From positions 357,003-421,002 of the forward strand of contig CAXXFV010000004.1 in NCBI GenBank assembly GCA_963674595.2: 64,000 nucleotides of DNA. Reading direction: 5' to 3'. Made by a program: the position numbers and the translations under genes. The notes below the pieces were generated by a model, which made no database searches, was not told the origin of the DNA, and saw only the letters and a list, made by a program, of their open reading frames with translations. This stretch comes from a bacterium. GTDB taxonomy: Bacteria; Zhuqueibacterota; Zhuqueibacteria; Residuimicrobiales; Krinioviventaceae. Below are positions 9,382 through 20,281 of this stretch, piece after piece; the stretch's first letter is position 1; each line of letters begins with the position of its first letter.

Positions 9382-11949
9382 TTATTCGTTATACCAGGTA
9401 ATAAGACCCATTTCATGTGGATTTAAAAAATTATCATTCTTTGGGTAAACACGAACCGACAAACCATGTTGACCGGTATGGTTGCAATTTACATCCGCTT
9501 TGTAAATAAAAATATTTTCCTTTTGCTCTGCAAGAGACATTACCATGGTTTGACCGTTAATGATCTGACCATGATAATCCAACTGACCATAAAAAACCTC
9601 TACATTAACATCATCAGGTAAAAGTCGTCCGAGAATTAAATCGGCATGAACCTGAATTTGATCACCAACTTTAACATTTGTTTTGTTAAAATGATTCACG
9701 TTTTGGATTTTAATTTCATTCCAATATAGTTTTATATTGTTTTTCCATGCTAAAAGTTCCTGAACTGTTTTAAAATGGTCTGTGGAAAATTTTTCCCAGC
9801 TTTTATTACAGGGGATGTAAAATTTTTCGAGATAATTGCTAACCATTCTATTGGTGTTAAAAACAGGACACGTTTTTCGCATACTGTTTTTCATCATGGC
9901 AACCCATTGTCGTGGAATTCCGTTTCCTCGGCGGTTGTAAAAGAGAGGAATAACTTCATTTTCCAAAAGATGATACAATGCTTCCGATTCCATCATATCC
10001 TGTTCTTCGGCATTTTGATAAGATTCGCCAAGACCTATTGACCAGCCCATATTGTTTTGATAGGCTTCATCCCACCATCCGTCGGGAATGCTGAGGTTTA
10101 GGGCACCGTTGGCTCCGGCTTTCATTCCGCTGGTTCCACTGGCTTCTCTGGGTCGAACCGGATTGTTAAGCCAAACATCCACACCCTGAACCAGGTAAGA
10201 GGCTGTTTGCATATCGTAATTTTCAACAAAGACAATATGTTGTCTAAATTCTTCAGAGCGGGCAATATTGGCAATGTCCCTGATTATTTTTTTTGCATTA
10301 TTATCCCGGGGATGGGCTTTTCCGGCAATAATTATTTGCACGGGCATGTCTTTATTTGTGAGGATTTTTAATAATCGTTCCTTATCTCTAAACAGCAGGT
10401 AAGCCCTTTTATACATTGCAAATCGACGGGCAAAACCTATTGTCAGCGCTTCCGGATTAAGAACTTCGTTTGCTTCTTCAATTGTTAGTGGATTTGCTCC
10501 GGAATTTTTTAATTGTTGTTTTAATTTATGTCTGGTAACAGCAACCAGTCTTTCCCGTCTGCGTTCATGGGTGCGCCAAAGTTCTTCATCGGGTATGTTT
10601 TGTATTCTACTCCATTGTTTTAAGTTGGTATAACTTCGGTACCATTTTGAACCGAGGTACCGGTTAAAAAGTTCGGCCATATCTGCAGATATCCAGGTTC
10701 TGATATGAACCCCATTCGTAATATGACTGATCGGTATTTCATTCGTCGGCACATTCGGCCATAAATATCCCCACATTTCCCGGGCTACTTTACCATGCAA
10801 TCGGCTGACGCCGTTATAGAATCCTGCCATGTTAATGGCAAATATTGCCATGTTAAAGTGACCATTGGTTTCTTTCAGATGAACGCCGCCTAATTGATGA
10901 AATTGTGTTGGTGAAAGATTAATAGATTTATAATAATGTGAAAGATAGGTATCCACAAGGTCGGGAGAAAACTCGTCTATCCCTGCCGGAACAGGAGTAT
11001 GCGTTGTAAATAACGTTCCGGCCCTTACTGTTTCTTTTGTTTGTTCAAATGATAAATTTTGATCTTTATTTTGTTCCATTAAAAATTTGGCTCGTTCAAG
11101 GGCCAGAAAAGCCGAATGGCCTTCATTCATGTGACAAACTGTCGGATGTATATTTAAAGTGGTCAATGCTCTGAATCCGCCAATACCAAGAATTATTTCC
11201 TGTTTAATACGCATTTCATTATCACCTCCATAGAGTTGAGATGTAATGATTTGGTCATCAGGATGATTTTCAGCTACGTTCGTATCCAGTAAATACAGCG
11301 AAATTCTCCCGACTTGGGCTCGCCAAACCTGCGCTTTTACATTCCGTTTTGGAAATTCAACAGAAATGGTTAATGGTAATCCGTCTTTTGTCTTTTCCAA
11401 AGTTATCGGCAAATTAAAAAAATCATTTTTTGGATAGATTTCCTGCTGCCATCCGTCTTTGGACAGATATTGTTGAAAATATCCTTCCTGGTAAAGCAGG
11501 CCGACAGCAACGAGCGGCAGGCCTAAATCGCTGGCTGATTTTAAATGGTCTGCTGCTAAAATTCCCAGACCACCTGAATAAATCGGCAGACCCTTTGCTA
11601 ATCCATATTCCATAGAAAAATATCCAACCTTTAGGCTCTTGTGTTCCGGGTAGGTTTTATCAAACCATGATTGGCGATTCAAATGGTCGTACAGGTTTTC
11701 TTTAACCCTTTCCAAATGGGAGAGAAAACCATCATCTGTGGCCAGGTTTTCGAGCCTGTTCTGATTAATACTTCCTAACAAGGCAACAGGGTTCCGGTTA
11801 CAAGATTCCCACAAGTTTGAATCAAGACGACGAAACAAGGCTTCAGAATCATGGTCCCAGGACCAGTACAAATTATAGGCAAGTTCTTTTAAAAAAAGTA
11901 ATTCCTTTGGTAGTGAAGCAACAACCCGAAATTTTTCAATTTTATACAT
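9382..11949 (-). CDS. glgP: Alpha-glucan (glycogen/maltodextrin) phosphorylase
   Basis: YFSMEYG, YSGGLGILAADH, HMNEGH, FTTHTPVPAG, FARRFAMYKR and EASGTSGMK (PLP lysine). Confidence 0.95.
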   Translation of the reverse strand: MYKIEKFRVVASLPKELLFLKELAYNLYWSWDHDSEALFRRLDSNLWESCNRNPVALLGSINQNRLENLATDDGFLSHLERVKENLYDHLNRQSWFDKTYPEHKSLKVGYFSMEYGLAKGLPIYSGGLGILAADHLKSASDLGLPLVAVGLLYQEGYFQQYLSKDGWQQEIYPKNDFFNLPITLEKTKDGLPLTISVEFPKRNVKAQVWRAQVGRISLYLLDTNVAENHPDDQIITSQLYGGDNEMRIKQEIILGIGGFRALTTLNIHPTVCHMNEGHSAFLALERAKFLMEQNKDQNLSFEQTKETVRAGTLFTTHTPVPAGIDEFSPDLVDTYLSHYYKSINLSPTQFHQLGGVHLKETNGHFNMAIFAINMAGFYNGVSRLHGKVAREMWGYLWPNVPTNEIPISHITNGVHIRTWISADMAELFNRYLGSKWYRSYTNLKQWSRIQNIPDEELWRTHERRRERLVAVTRHKLKQQLKNSGANPLTIEEANEVLNPEALTIGFARRFAMYKRAYLLFRDKERLLKILTNKDMPVQIIIAGKAHPRDNNAKKIIRDIANIARSEEFRQHIVFVENYDMQTASYLVQGVDVWLNNPVRPREASGTSGMKAGANGALNLSIPDGWWDEAYQNNMGWSIGLGESYQNAEEQDMMESEALYHLLENEVIPLFYNRRGNGIPRQWVAMMKNSMRKTCPVFNTNRMVSNYLEKFYIPCNKSWEKFSTDHFKTVQELLAWKNNIKLYWNEIKIQNVNHFNKTNVKVGDQIQVHADLILGRLLPDDVNVEVFYGQLDYHGQIINGQTMVMSLAEQKENIFIYKADVNCNHTGQHGLSVRVYPKNDNFLNPHEMGLITWYNE

Positions 11950-12069
11950 AAATTTTTCCTGATTTTCAATTTTTGTTAAACAATTTAAACAATGACAAAA
12001 ACATACGTATCTTTACAATTTAATTCAATGAAAATAACGCCATTCTTGAAACGAAAACATATCATTCAG

Positions 12070-12085
12070 TGGCATATAAATTGCT
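12070..12085 (+). promoter_or_regulatory. Sigma54 (-24/-12) promoter upstream of the cohesin/dockerin cluster
   Basis: TGGCAT-ATAAA-TTGCT gives GG-N10-GC spacing matching the RpoN consensus TGGCAC-N5-TTGCW; intergenic and oriented toward 12366. Confidence 0.7.
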
Positions 12086-12365
12086 TTATTTGGTTTGCTA
12101 TATTGTTTCAGATAACAAACTTTAAAAGAAATTATTTCATGGAATTTTTAAAAACAAACAGAATTTTTAATATATAAAAAATAAAAGGTTATTAGTTTAA
12201 ATTCGGCCTGTATATTATGACAGGTCATGGTTGGAAGGAGGTGGTTATCCACAGAGTTTTTATTTGTATCGCTTTGAGTTATCGTATCAACAGGATACAA
12301 GTTTCACTTTTTTCACAAGATAATACTAAAGAATTAAAATACGTTCATTTAACCTATCGGAGGGT

Positions 12366-13778
12366 GTGATGAAACGTTCATCAACCAGTCACATCTTTAT
12401 CATGTTTATTGTGGTACTATTTGCATCCACTGCAATCTTTGCTGCAGAGGGTGATTCGCTTTCAGTTACCGAAGGCAGCGGACTACCGGGTAACGGCGGA
12501 TATGTTTTTTCTGTAAATCTTAAAAATGTAACAACCATTAAAGGATTATATTTTACGCTGCATGATTCCCCTGATTCTTTAACGGTAACCAATGTTGCAA
12601 CAACAGCACGATCTGCCAATTTTCGGGTTTCTTTTACCCAAGTCGATGGATATTTAAAAGTTATAATGATCCCGCTTGATGGAGTTACCACGTTCCTGAC
12701 AGCAGGTGATGCTGCAATTTTAAATATTACGACAGGTGTCAGTGCCGACGCTGTTGGAGGAACAAAGGCCCTGCTGACCATCCAGGATGTTGTTTTAGCG
12801 GATGGTACAAACGGAGCTGTAACCAGCCACCAGGTTGACGGTAATTTTTGGTTTGGACAAAAGGGTGATGTTGTCTATAATTCTGTCGTAGATTTGTTTG
12901 ATGTTTTGCGATTGATAGACATTGCGATCAGCCGTCCTCCGGCAGCAACTGAATATGAACGGTGGGCCGGTGACCTGGACAGCAACGGTTATATTGATGT
13001 TGTAGACATCGGTGAAGCAATCGATCGTGCGGTGTCTGTTCCAGCGCCACCTGCTGTTAACCAACCGCTTAGTTTGGAATCGAATGGTTATGCAGAAATT
13101 CAAATGCCTGCTTTGCCGACGAATTTTACGGGTAAAATAAACATACCTGTTAAAGTTAATACAACCGTACCTGTCACTGGTATGCAGTTTGAATTTAATG
13201 TAGACTCTAAAAAATATATTATTGAACAACCTGAGCTTACTGAAGTTTCTGCAAACATGAGTATTGTTAGTAAACGTCAGGGTGAAAAGTATAAGGTACT
13301 GATTTGCGGGACTGCAGGACAAATGCTGCCGGCCGGCGAATTAACAGTATTGAACTTGTCTGTTAATATAACGTCACCATTGGATCAGGCGGAAATAATT
13401 GAGCTTAAAAATGTTTTAGCTGGAACCGAAAATGCATCCAAGATTGAAACAAATTTAAGCCAGGATGTTTCAGAAGTTGCTCATGTTCCCTCTTCCTTTG
13501 CACTTTTACAAAATAGTCCTAACCCGTTCAATATGTCTACAGAGATTACATATGATATTCCTAACATAAATCAGCAAGTATCTGTTAAATTGCAGATTTT
13601 TAATATGCAAGGACAGTTGATCCGTACGCTTGTTAATAGTAAAAAAGCGGCGGGCCGATATCGTGTCAATTGGAATGGAATGGATAAATTAGGCCATTAT
13701 GTTTCCTCCGGCGTCTATTTTTATAAATTAAGCGCTGGTGATGTTGTGCTTTCGAAAAAAATGGCGGTCATGAAATAG
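12366..13778 (+). CDS. Secreted protein: cohesin-like + dockerin + cohesin-like + FlgD-Ig/T9SS-type C-terminal sorting domain
   Basis: Signal peptide (AIFA|AE); cohesin-like beta-sandwich; GDVVYNSVVDLFDV..GDLDSNGYIDVVDI duplicated Ca-binding loops; second cohesin-like domain (IPVKVNTTVPVTGMQFEF); LLQNSPNPFN..SSGVYFYKL..KKMAVMK tail. Confidence 0.75.
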   Translation: MMKRSSTSHIFIMFIVVLFASTAIFAAEGDSLSVTEGSGLPGNGGYVFSVNLKNVTTIKGLYFTLHDSPDSLTVTNVATTARSANFRVSFTQVDGYLKVIMIPLDGVTTFLTAGDAAILNITTGVSADAVGGTKALLTIQDVVLADGTNGAVTSHQVDGNFWFGQKGDVVYNSVVDLFDVLRLIDIAISRPPAATEYERWAGDLDSNGYIDVVDIGEAIDRAVSVPAPPAVNQPLSLESNGYAEIQMPALPTNFTGKINIPVKVNTTVPVTGMQFEFNVDSKKYIIEQPELTEVSANMSIVSKRQGEKYKVLICGTAGQMLPAGELTVLNLSVNITSPLDQAEIIELKNVLAGTENASKIETNLSQDVSEVAHVPSSFALLQNSPNPFNMSTEITYDIPNINQQVSVKLQIFNMQGQLIRTLVNSKKAAGRYRVNWNGMDKLGHYVSSGVYFYKLSAGDVVLSKKMAVMK

Positions 13779-13820
13779 ATAGGTGTAAGAGGAAATAACT
13801 TAAAAGTGAGGTAATTTAAA

Positions 13821-15614
13821 ATGAAAAACAAAAACATCCTCTCAATGTTTCTTTTTGTCCTGTCTATGGCCATAACCAGTTATGTCATGGCAGGCACAAT
13901 TGTTGATGATTTTAATCGTTCGACTCTGGGTGCAAATTGGACGGCAGACCCCGAGTATGTAATCGATACAAATACAATGTCCAATAATTCAACGACCTCT
14001 TCATGGGGGTTTTTAGCGGTTTATAACGCCATTATCAATCCTATGGAAGTATCTTTCCGATGGGCTGTAGGTGGTGACGTTGAGGGAGCCAATTCCGGCG
14101 GTGTAGCAATTTATTTAAATTCCGCATCAGTCAATGCAACAGGATATTTTGTTTTGCGCCGATATAGTAAAATTGATTTACATCCTATTGTGAATGGTAT
14201 AGCTGATAGAACAACAGTTCTTGGCACCACCTCGGCAACCCAGGCAACACCCCAACCCGGTGATGTTATTAAGGTCATTCCAACCACTGATGCCAGTGGT
14301 CACCATTTTGATTTGTATGTAAATGGTGTTTTTGACGGAAGAGTCAGTGATGCCACCAAAACTTATGCTAATGTAAGTAACGATTTATATAGTGGTGTTG
14401 TATTGTATGGAAATCGAAATAATAATATTGATGATTTTACAATTAAAGCGCCGACAATTACTGTTACAGCCCCCAATGGCGCCGAACTGTGGCTTGTAAA
14501 TTCGGCCCATAACATTACCTGGACGTCTTCGGATTTTTCAGGAAATGTCAAAATAGAATATTCTGTTGATGCCGGCACATCCTGGAGTACAATTGCAGCA
14601 TCTGTTACCAACTCTGGATCATACACCTGGACAATTCCAAATGCTCCTTCTGCTTCAACTGTGGTCCGTGTTTCTGATGCAGCTGATGGTTTTCCTTCTG
14701 ATGTTAGTAATGCTGTTTTTGAAATTGTGCCGGAAACAGAAGATATTCAGGTTGTCAGTCCAAATGGTGCTGAAAATTGGATCGTCAACACCAATCAAAC
14801 AATTCAATGGAATGCCACAAGTATTATACCTTTTGTAGCTATAGATTATTCTGTAGATAATGGCGTATCCTGGACATTAATCGTTGCCAGTACAGCGAAT
14901 GATGGAAGTTATACCTGGACAGTACCGGCGCAAATTACCACTCAAGCCCTGGTCCGTGTACGCGATGCATTGGATTCATTACCTACTGATGTAAGCAATG
15001 CTGTTTTTAGTATTTCTGCTCTTGTTTCTTTGGAGGTACCGGCTGCCAGTGGACAACCTGGTACAGGTGGTAATGTTGTTACTGTAAACATGAATAATCA
15101 AACAAATATACGAGGAGTATTTTTTAGATTGACCGATTTGCCGGATTATTTAACTGTTGAAAGTGTAACTCCCGTTGGTCGGGCATCTACGTTTACTGTT
15201 GATTCAGATGAAACCGGTGGCTATTTGCAAGTCCTTTTGGTAAGTATGTCCGGTGCTGTCATTCCTACAGGAAGTGGCCCGATTGTTCAAATCAGTTACC
15301 AAATTGATAATGCTGCACCTTTTGGAACGACTTCCGGTATGAATTTATCTCATGTAACATTGAGTAATGCAAACAGTGAATTGGTTGTGCCGGAATTAGT
15401 AAATGGTGATTTTCATTATGTTCTGTCAGGTGATATGGACGCTGATGGTGATGTTGATTATTCAGACGCTGATGGCGGTGACATTGACCGTATGCTGGAA
15501 ATAATTATGGGAACCGGTGCTGCTGTATCTGATTATGAAATGCTTGCCGGCGACCTTGATAATGATGGTGATATTGATCTTTATGATGTTTTGAATGTTT
15601 TTGATTTGATCTAA
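13821..15614 (+). CDS. Secreted protein: beta-sandwich N-domain + two Ig-like repeats + cohesin-like + C-terminal dockerin (no sorting domain)
   Basis: Signal peptide; two PNGAE.W repeats; SGQPGTGGNVVTVNMNN..RGVFFRLTDLPDYL cohesin-like domain; GDMDADGDVD..GDLDNDGDIDLYDVL dockerin at the C-terminus. Confidence 0.72.
   Translation: MKNKNILSMFLFVLSMAITSYVMAGTIVDDFNRSTLGANWTADPEYVIDTNTMSNNSTTSSWGFLAVYNAIINPMEVSFRWAVGGDVEGANSGGVAIYLNSASVNATGYFVLRRYSKIDLHPIVNGIADRTTVLGTTSATQATPQPGDVIKVIPTTDASGHHFDLYVNGVFDGRVSDATKTYANVSNDLYSGVVLYGNRNNNIDDFTIKAPTITVTAPNGAELWLVNSAHNITWTSSDFSGNVKIEYSVDAGTSWSTIAASVTNSGSYTWTIPNAPSASTVVRVSDAADGFPSDVSNAVFEIVPETEDIQVVSPNGAENWIVNTNQTIQWNATSIIPFVAIDYSVDNGVSWTLIVASTANDGSYTWTVPAQITTQALVRVRDALDSLPTDVSNAVFSISALVSLEVPAASGQPGTGGNVVTVNMNNQTNIRGVFFRLTDLPDYLTVESVTPVGRASTFTVDSDETGGYLQVLLVSMSGAVIPTGSGPIVQISYQIDNAAPFGTTSGMNLSHVTLSNANSELVVPELVNGDFHYVLSGDMDADGDVDYSDADGGDIDRMLEIIMGTGAAVSDYEMLAGDLDNDGDIDLYDVLNVFDLI
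14457..15014 (+). repeat. Two tandem 90-aa Ig-like repeats (14457-14726 and 14745-15014)
   Basis: ITVTAPNGAELW..YSVDAGTSW..NSGSYTWTIP..VRVSDA..PSDVSNAVFEI versus IQVVSPNGAENW..YSVDNGVSW..NDGSYTWTVP..VRVRDA..PTDVSNAVFSI. Confidence 0.85.
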
Positions 15615-15623
15615 AACAATATA

Positions 15624-15650
15624 ATAGGGGCAGGTTTTTTCTGCCCCTAT
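15624..15650 (+). terminator. Intergenic GC-rich hairpin between the second and third cohesin genes
   Basis: ataggggcag-gtttttt-ctgcccctat, a perfect 10-bp stem with only a weak U-tract after it. Confidence 0.65.
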
Positions 15651-15676
15651 ATATTTAAAAAGATAGGTTTCATTGA

Positions 15677-16453
15677 ATGAGAAAAATAATCCCTATATTT
15701 TTGTTTTTATTTTCTTCTGTTTTACTGGGATCAGATGCTTTTGTGAGTGTTAACGGTGGTTCGGGATCTCCGGGTTCAGAAAATAATATAATTTCTGTTT
15801 CATTGACAAATAGCGTTCCGGTTAAAGGTATCCAGTTTAAAATAACGGATATTCCTAATTATCTGATACCGGATACTATTCTGGTTTCATCTCGAACAGA
15901 AGGTTTTAGTATTAATTTTAATGAGCTGGAAGAAGATAACAGTTTAATTGTAATTATGATTTCTTTTAATAAATTGATTCCTGTGGGCAGTGGTACAATA
16001 ATGGATATTTATTATCGTGTTTCCAGCAGTGCGGAACCAAACCAGACATTGCAGCTTGTCATTGATGAGTTAAAAGTAACAGGAGAAGAGAATAACTATC
16101 TCGATGCAGAATCATCCAATAGTAAATTTAAAATTTCAAGTATTACGGTTGTTGAGGATGATGATATTATTCCTGAGAATTTTAAGCTTTGTCAAAATTA
16201 TCCGAATCCGTTTAATCCGACAACTCGGATATCTTTTTCAATTCCTGAAAGCAATTTTGTCAAATTGGAAATTTTCAATTCATTGGGGCAAAAAGTTCGT
16301 ACGCTTTTAAATGGAAAAATGAACAGAGGGCAGCATGTTGTGCAGTGGGACGGAATAAACGACTATGGAAATTTTGTGCCGGCCGGTACCTATTTTTATA
16401 GAATTAACGCAGGAGAATTTACAGACACGAAAAGATTGTCTTTAATTAAATAA
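15677..16453 (+). CDS. Secreted single cohesin-like domain + FlgD-Ig/T9SS-type C-terminal sorting domain
   Basis: Signal peptide; SGSPGSENNIISVSLTNSVPVKGIQFKITDIPNYL, paralogous to the cohesins of the two upstream genes; LCQNYPNPFNPTT..AGTYFYRI..TKRLSLIK tail. Confidence 0.75.
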   Translation: MRKIIPIFLFLFSSVLLGSDAFVSVNGGSGSPGSENNIISVSLTNSVPVKGIQFKITDIPNYLIPDTILVSSRTEGFSINFNELEEDNSLIVIMISFNKLIPVGSGTIMDIYYRVSSSAEPNQTLQLVIDELKVTGEENNYLDAESSNSKFKISSITVVEDDDIIPENFKLCQNYPNPFNPTTRISFSIPESNFVKLEIFNSLGQKVRTLLNGKMNRGQHVVQWDGINDYGNFVPAGTYFYRINAGEFTDTKRLSLIK

Positions 16454-16472
16454 AGTACAGCTTTCGTTTTTA

Positions 16473-17291
16473 CTACCTGGGAAGTGTAGTTAATATTTTT
16501 TTGATATTGGAAAATTCGGGATCATTGGTTCGTAAAGTGGATTTGACAGGGACTTTGGAAAGTTCCTGTCTCACTTTACGATAACGTGAAGAAGTTGCCG
16601 GATGCGTTGTTAACAACAGGGCAACACTTTCAATGTCATCTGTTTCTTTCTTACCGATTATTCTCAATATGTCCAAAAGTCCATCCGGTGAGTAATTTGT
16701 TTTCCAGGCATAATTAATTGCTTTTGCATCTGCGAGGAATTCCTGGTCCTCCGGATAATCAAGGATTGTACCATCTGAATAAAGATGTTCTATTATTTGA
16801 GTGGCAATTTCCGGGTTCTCACCGATAACTGATTGTGCGGCAAAAGCAAATGCATATTTTTCTGCTATTCTGTCAACAGCATTCCGTTCGGCAATATGAA
16901 CAATTTCGTGGGCAATAATCAAAGCAATTTCACTCATATTTTCAGAAGCTTCAATTAATCCTCTGAAAAGATAGATGGAACCGCCAGGCAGGGAAAAGTG
17001 GTTTATATCATCTTCGTTTATGACATAAACAGAATAGGTGAGTCCGTCCCAATCTGATTGGGTACCAATTTCTCTGGCAATTTGTGTAAAATAATCTGTT
17101 ATCTGTTGGTTTCGAACAATTTTAAAATGTTTTGGCATCTGCTTTGTAAGAGAACGACCCAGTTCCAGTTCTTCGTCAATAGAAACAAACTTGATTTTAC
17201 CCGAGTTTTTTGAACCTGCGCATGAAAAATAAAGCGTTATACTTAACGCAAACAGGAGGAGCATTGTTTTTTTTATCACCATCTTCACCAC
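16473..17291 (-). CDS. M48 family zinc metallopeptidase (BepA/YfgC-like), probable lipoprotein
   Basis: NHFSLPGGSIY, AHEIVH, QEFLAD, THP; LYFSC lipobox-like sequence. Confidence 0.85.
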   Translation of the reverse strand: MVKMVIKKTMLLLFALSITLYFSCAGSKNSGKIKFVSIDEELELGRSLTKQMPKHFKIVRNQQITDYFTQIAREIGTQSDWDGLTYSVYVINEDDINHFSLPGGSIYLFRGLIEASENMSEIALIIAHEIVHIAERNAVDRIAEKYAFAFAAQSVIGENPEIATQIIEHLYSDGTILDYPEDQEFLADAKAINYAWKTNYSPDGLLDILRIIGKKETDDIESVALLLTTHPATSSRYRKVRQELSKVPVKSTLRTNDPEFSNIKKILTTLPR

Positions 17292-17296
17292 TGTTT

Positions 17297-19312
<2,016 letters not shown>

Positions 19313-19315
19313 TTA

Positions 19316-20278
19316 TTATACTTTAGCTAATATTTTTTTTACCAAATCTGTATTAATATTTCTTCCTGTAAGTATGGAAACAACTTTGTTATAACTGTTT
19401 GAAATTTTACCTGCCAGCAAAGCGGCAATGCCCACAGCAGCCGAGCCTTCAATAAGGATATGTTTTTCCTGCATAAGAAGCTGAATGGCCTGATAGATAT
19501 CATCTTCTTCAACAGTTACAATTTCATCGACATATTCTTTTACAAGTTGTAACGTCAAGTCACTGACAAATCGCCCGGCCAGTCCGTCGGCAATGGTTTC
19601 GCCGATAGCTGTTTCAACTACATGACCGGATTTTAAGGCATTTATCATGGCCGGATTATTGGCTAGCTGTATGCCGATAACTTTGGTTTTGGGGAGGTAA
19701 TTTTTTATGGCATAGGCAATTCCGCTGATCAGACCTCCGCCTCCTATGGGTACGAGAACGGCATCTGCCTCCGGCAAATCTTTTGCCAGTTCAAGGGCAA
19801 TCGTGCTTTGTCCGGCAATAACTTGCGGATCATCAAAAGCGTGAACAAAAGTAAGATTATAATCTTTTTTAATTTGATGAGCCAGCAATTCGGCTTCGTC
19901 GTAATCTTTACCGGCCTGAATAACGGTACAGGGATAGAGGCCCAGTTTTTTAATTTTCGCCGGTGATGCATTTGCCGGTAACACGATTTTAGCATCAATT
20001 TTAAATAGTTCCGCTGCATAAGCAACGCCAAGCGCGTGGTTTCCGGCTGAGGCCGTTATAATACCTCTTTCTTTTTCATCTTTATCCAGAGAGAGTAAAT
20101 GGTTGATGGCACCACGAACCTTAAAACTGCCGGTTATTTGCCAGTTTTCCATTTTAAGGAAAACCTCTTGTCCCAACTGTTTTGATAAATATTTAAAAGG
20201 CTCAACAGGAGTTTTTCGAACAAGGTGTTCAATTTGTTTTTGGGCCTGCTCCGGTGATATTTTAGTTAAAGATTTCAA
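19316..20278 (-). CDS. Threonine/serine dehydratase (PLP-dependent, no regulatory ACT domain)
   Basis: KMENWQITGSFKVRGA, TASAGNHA, PIGGGGLISG, LTGRN. Confidence 0.9.
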   Translation of the reverse strand: MKSLTKISPEQAQKQIEHLVRKTPVEPFKYLSKQLGQEVFLKMENWQITGSFKVRGAINHLLSLDKDEKERGIITASAGNHALGVAYAAELFKIDAKIVLPANASPAKIKKLGLYPCTVIQAGKDYDEAELLAHQIKKDYNLTFVHAFDDPQVIAGQSTIALELAKDLPEADAVLVPIGGGGLISGIAYAIKNYLPKTKVIGIQLANNPAMINALKSGHVVETAIGETIADGLAGRFVSDLTLQLVKEYVDEIVTVEEDDIYQAIQLLMQEKHILIEGSAAVGIAALLAGKISNSYNKVVSILTGRNINTDLVKKILAKV

Positions 20279-20281
20279 GTT

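Noticed and set aside
11992-12177. 61-aa ORF in the glgP/cohesin intergenic region
   Set aside because: No SD, AT-rich composition, and it overlaps the sigma54 promoter; probably spurious
12245-12253. Perfect DnaA box TTATCCACA (reverse-strand copies near 49330 and 58970) as an oriC marker
   Set aside because: Isolated copies, two of them inside genes; no cluster; compatible with chance in AT-rich DNA
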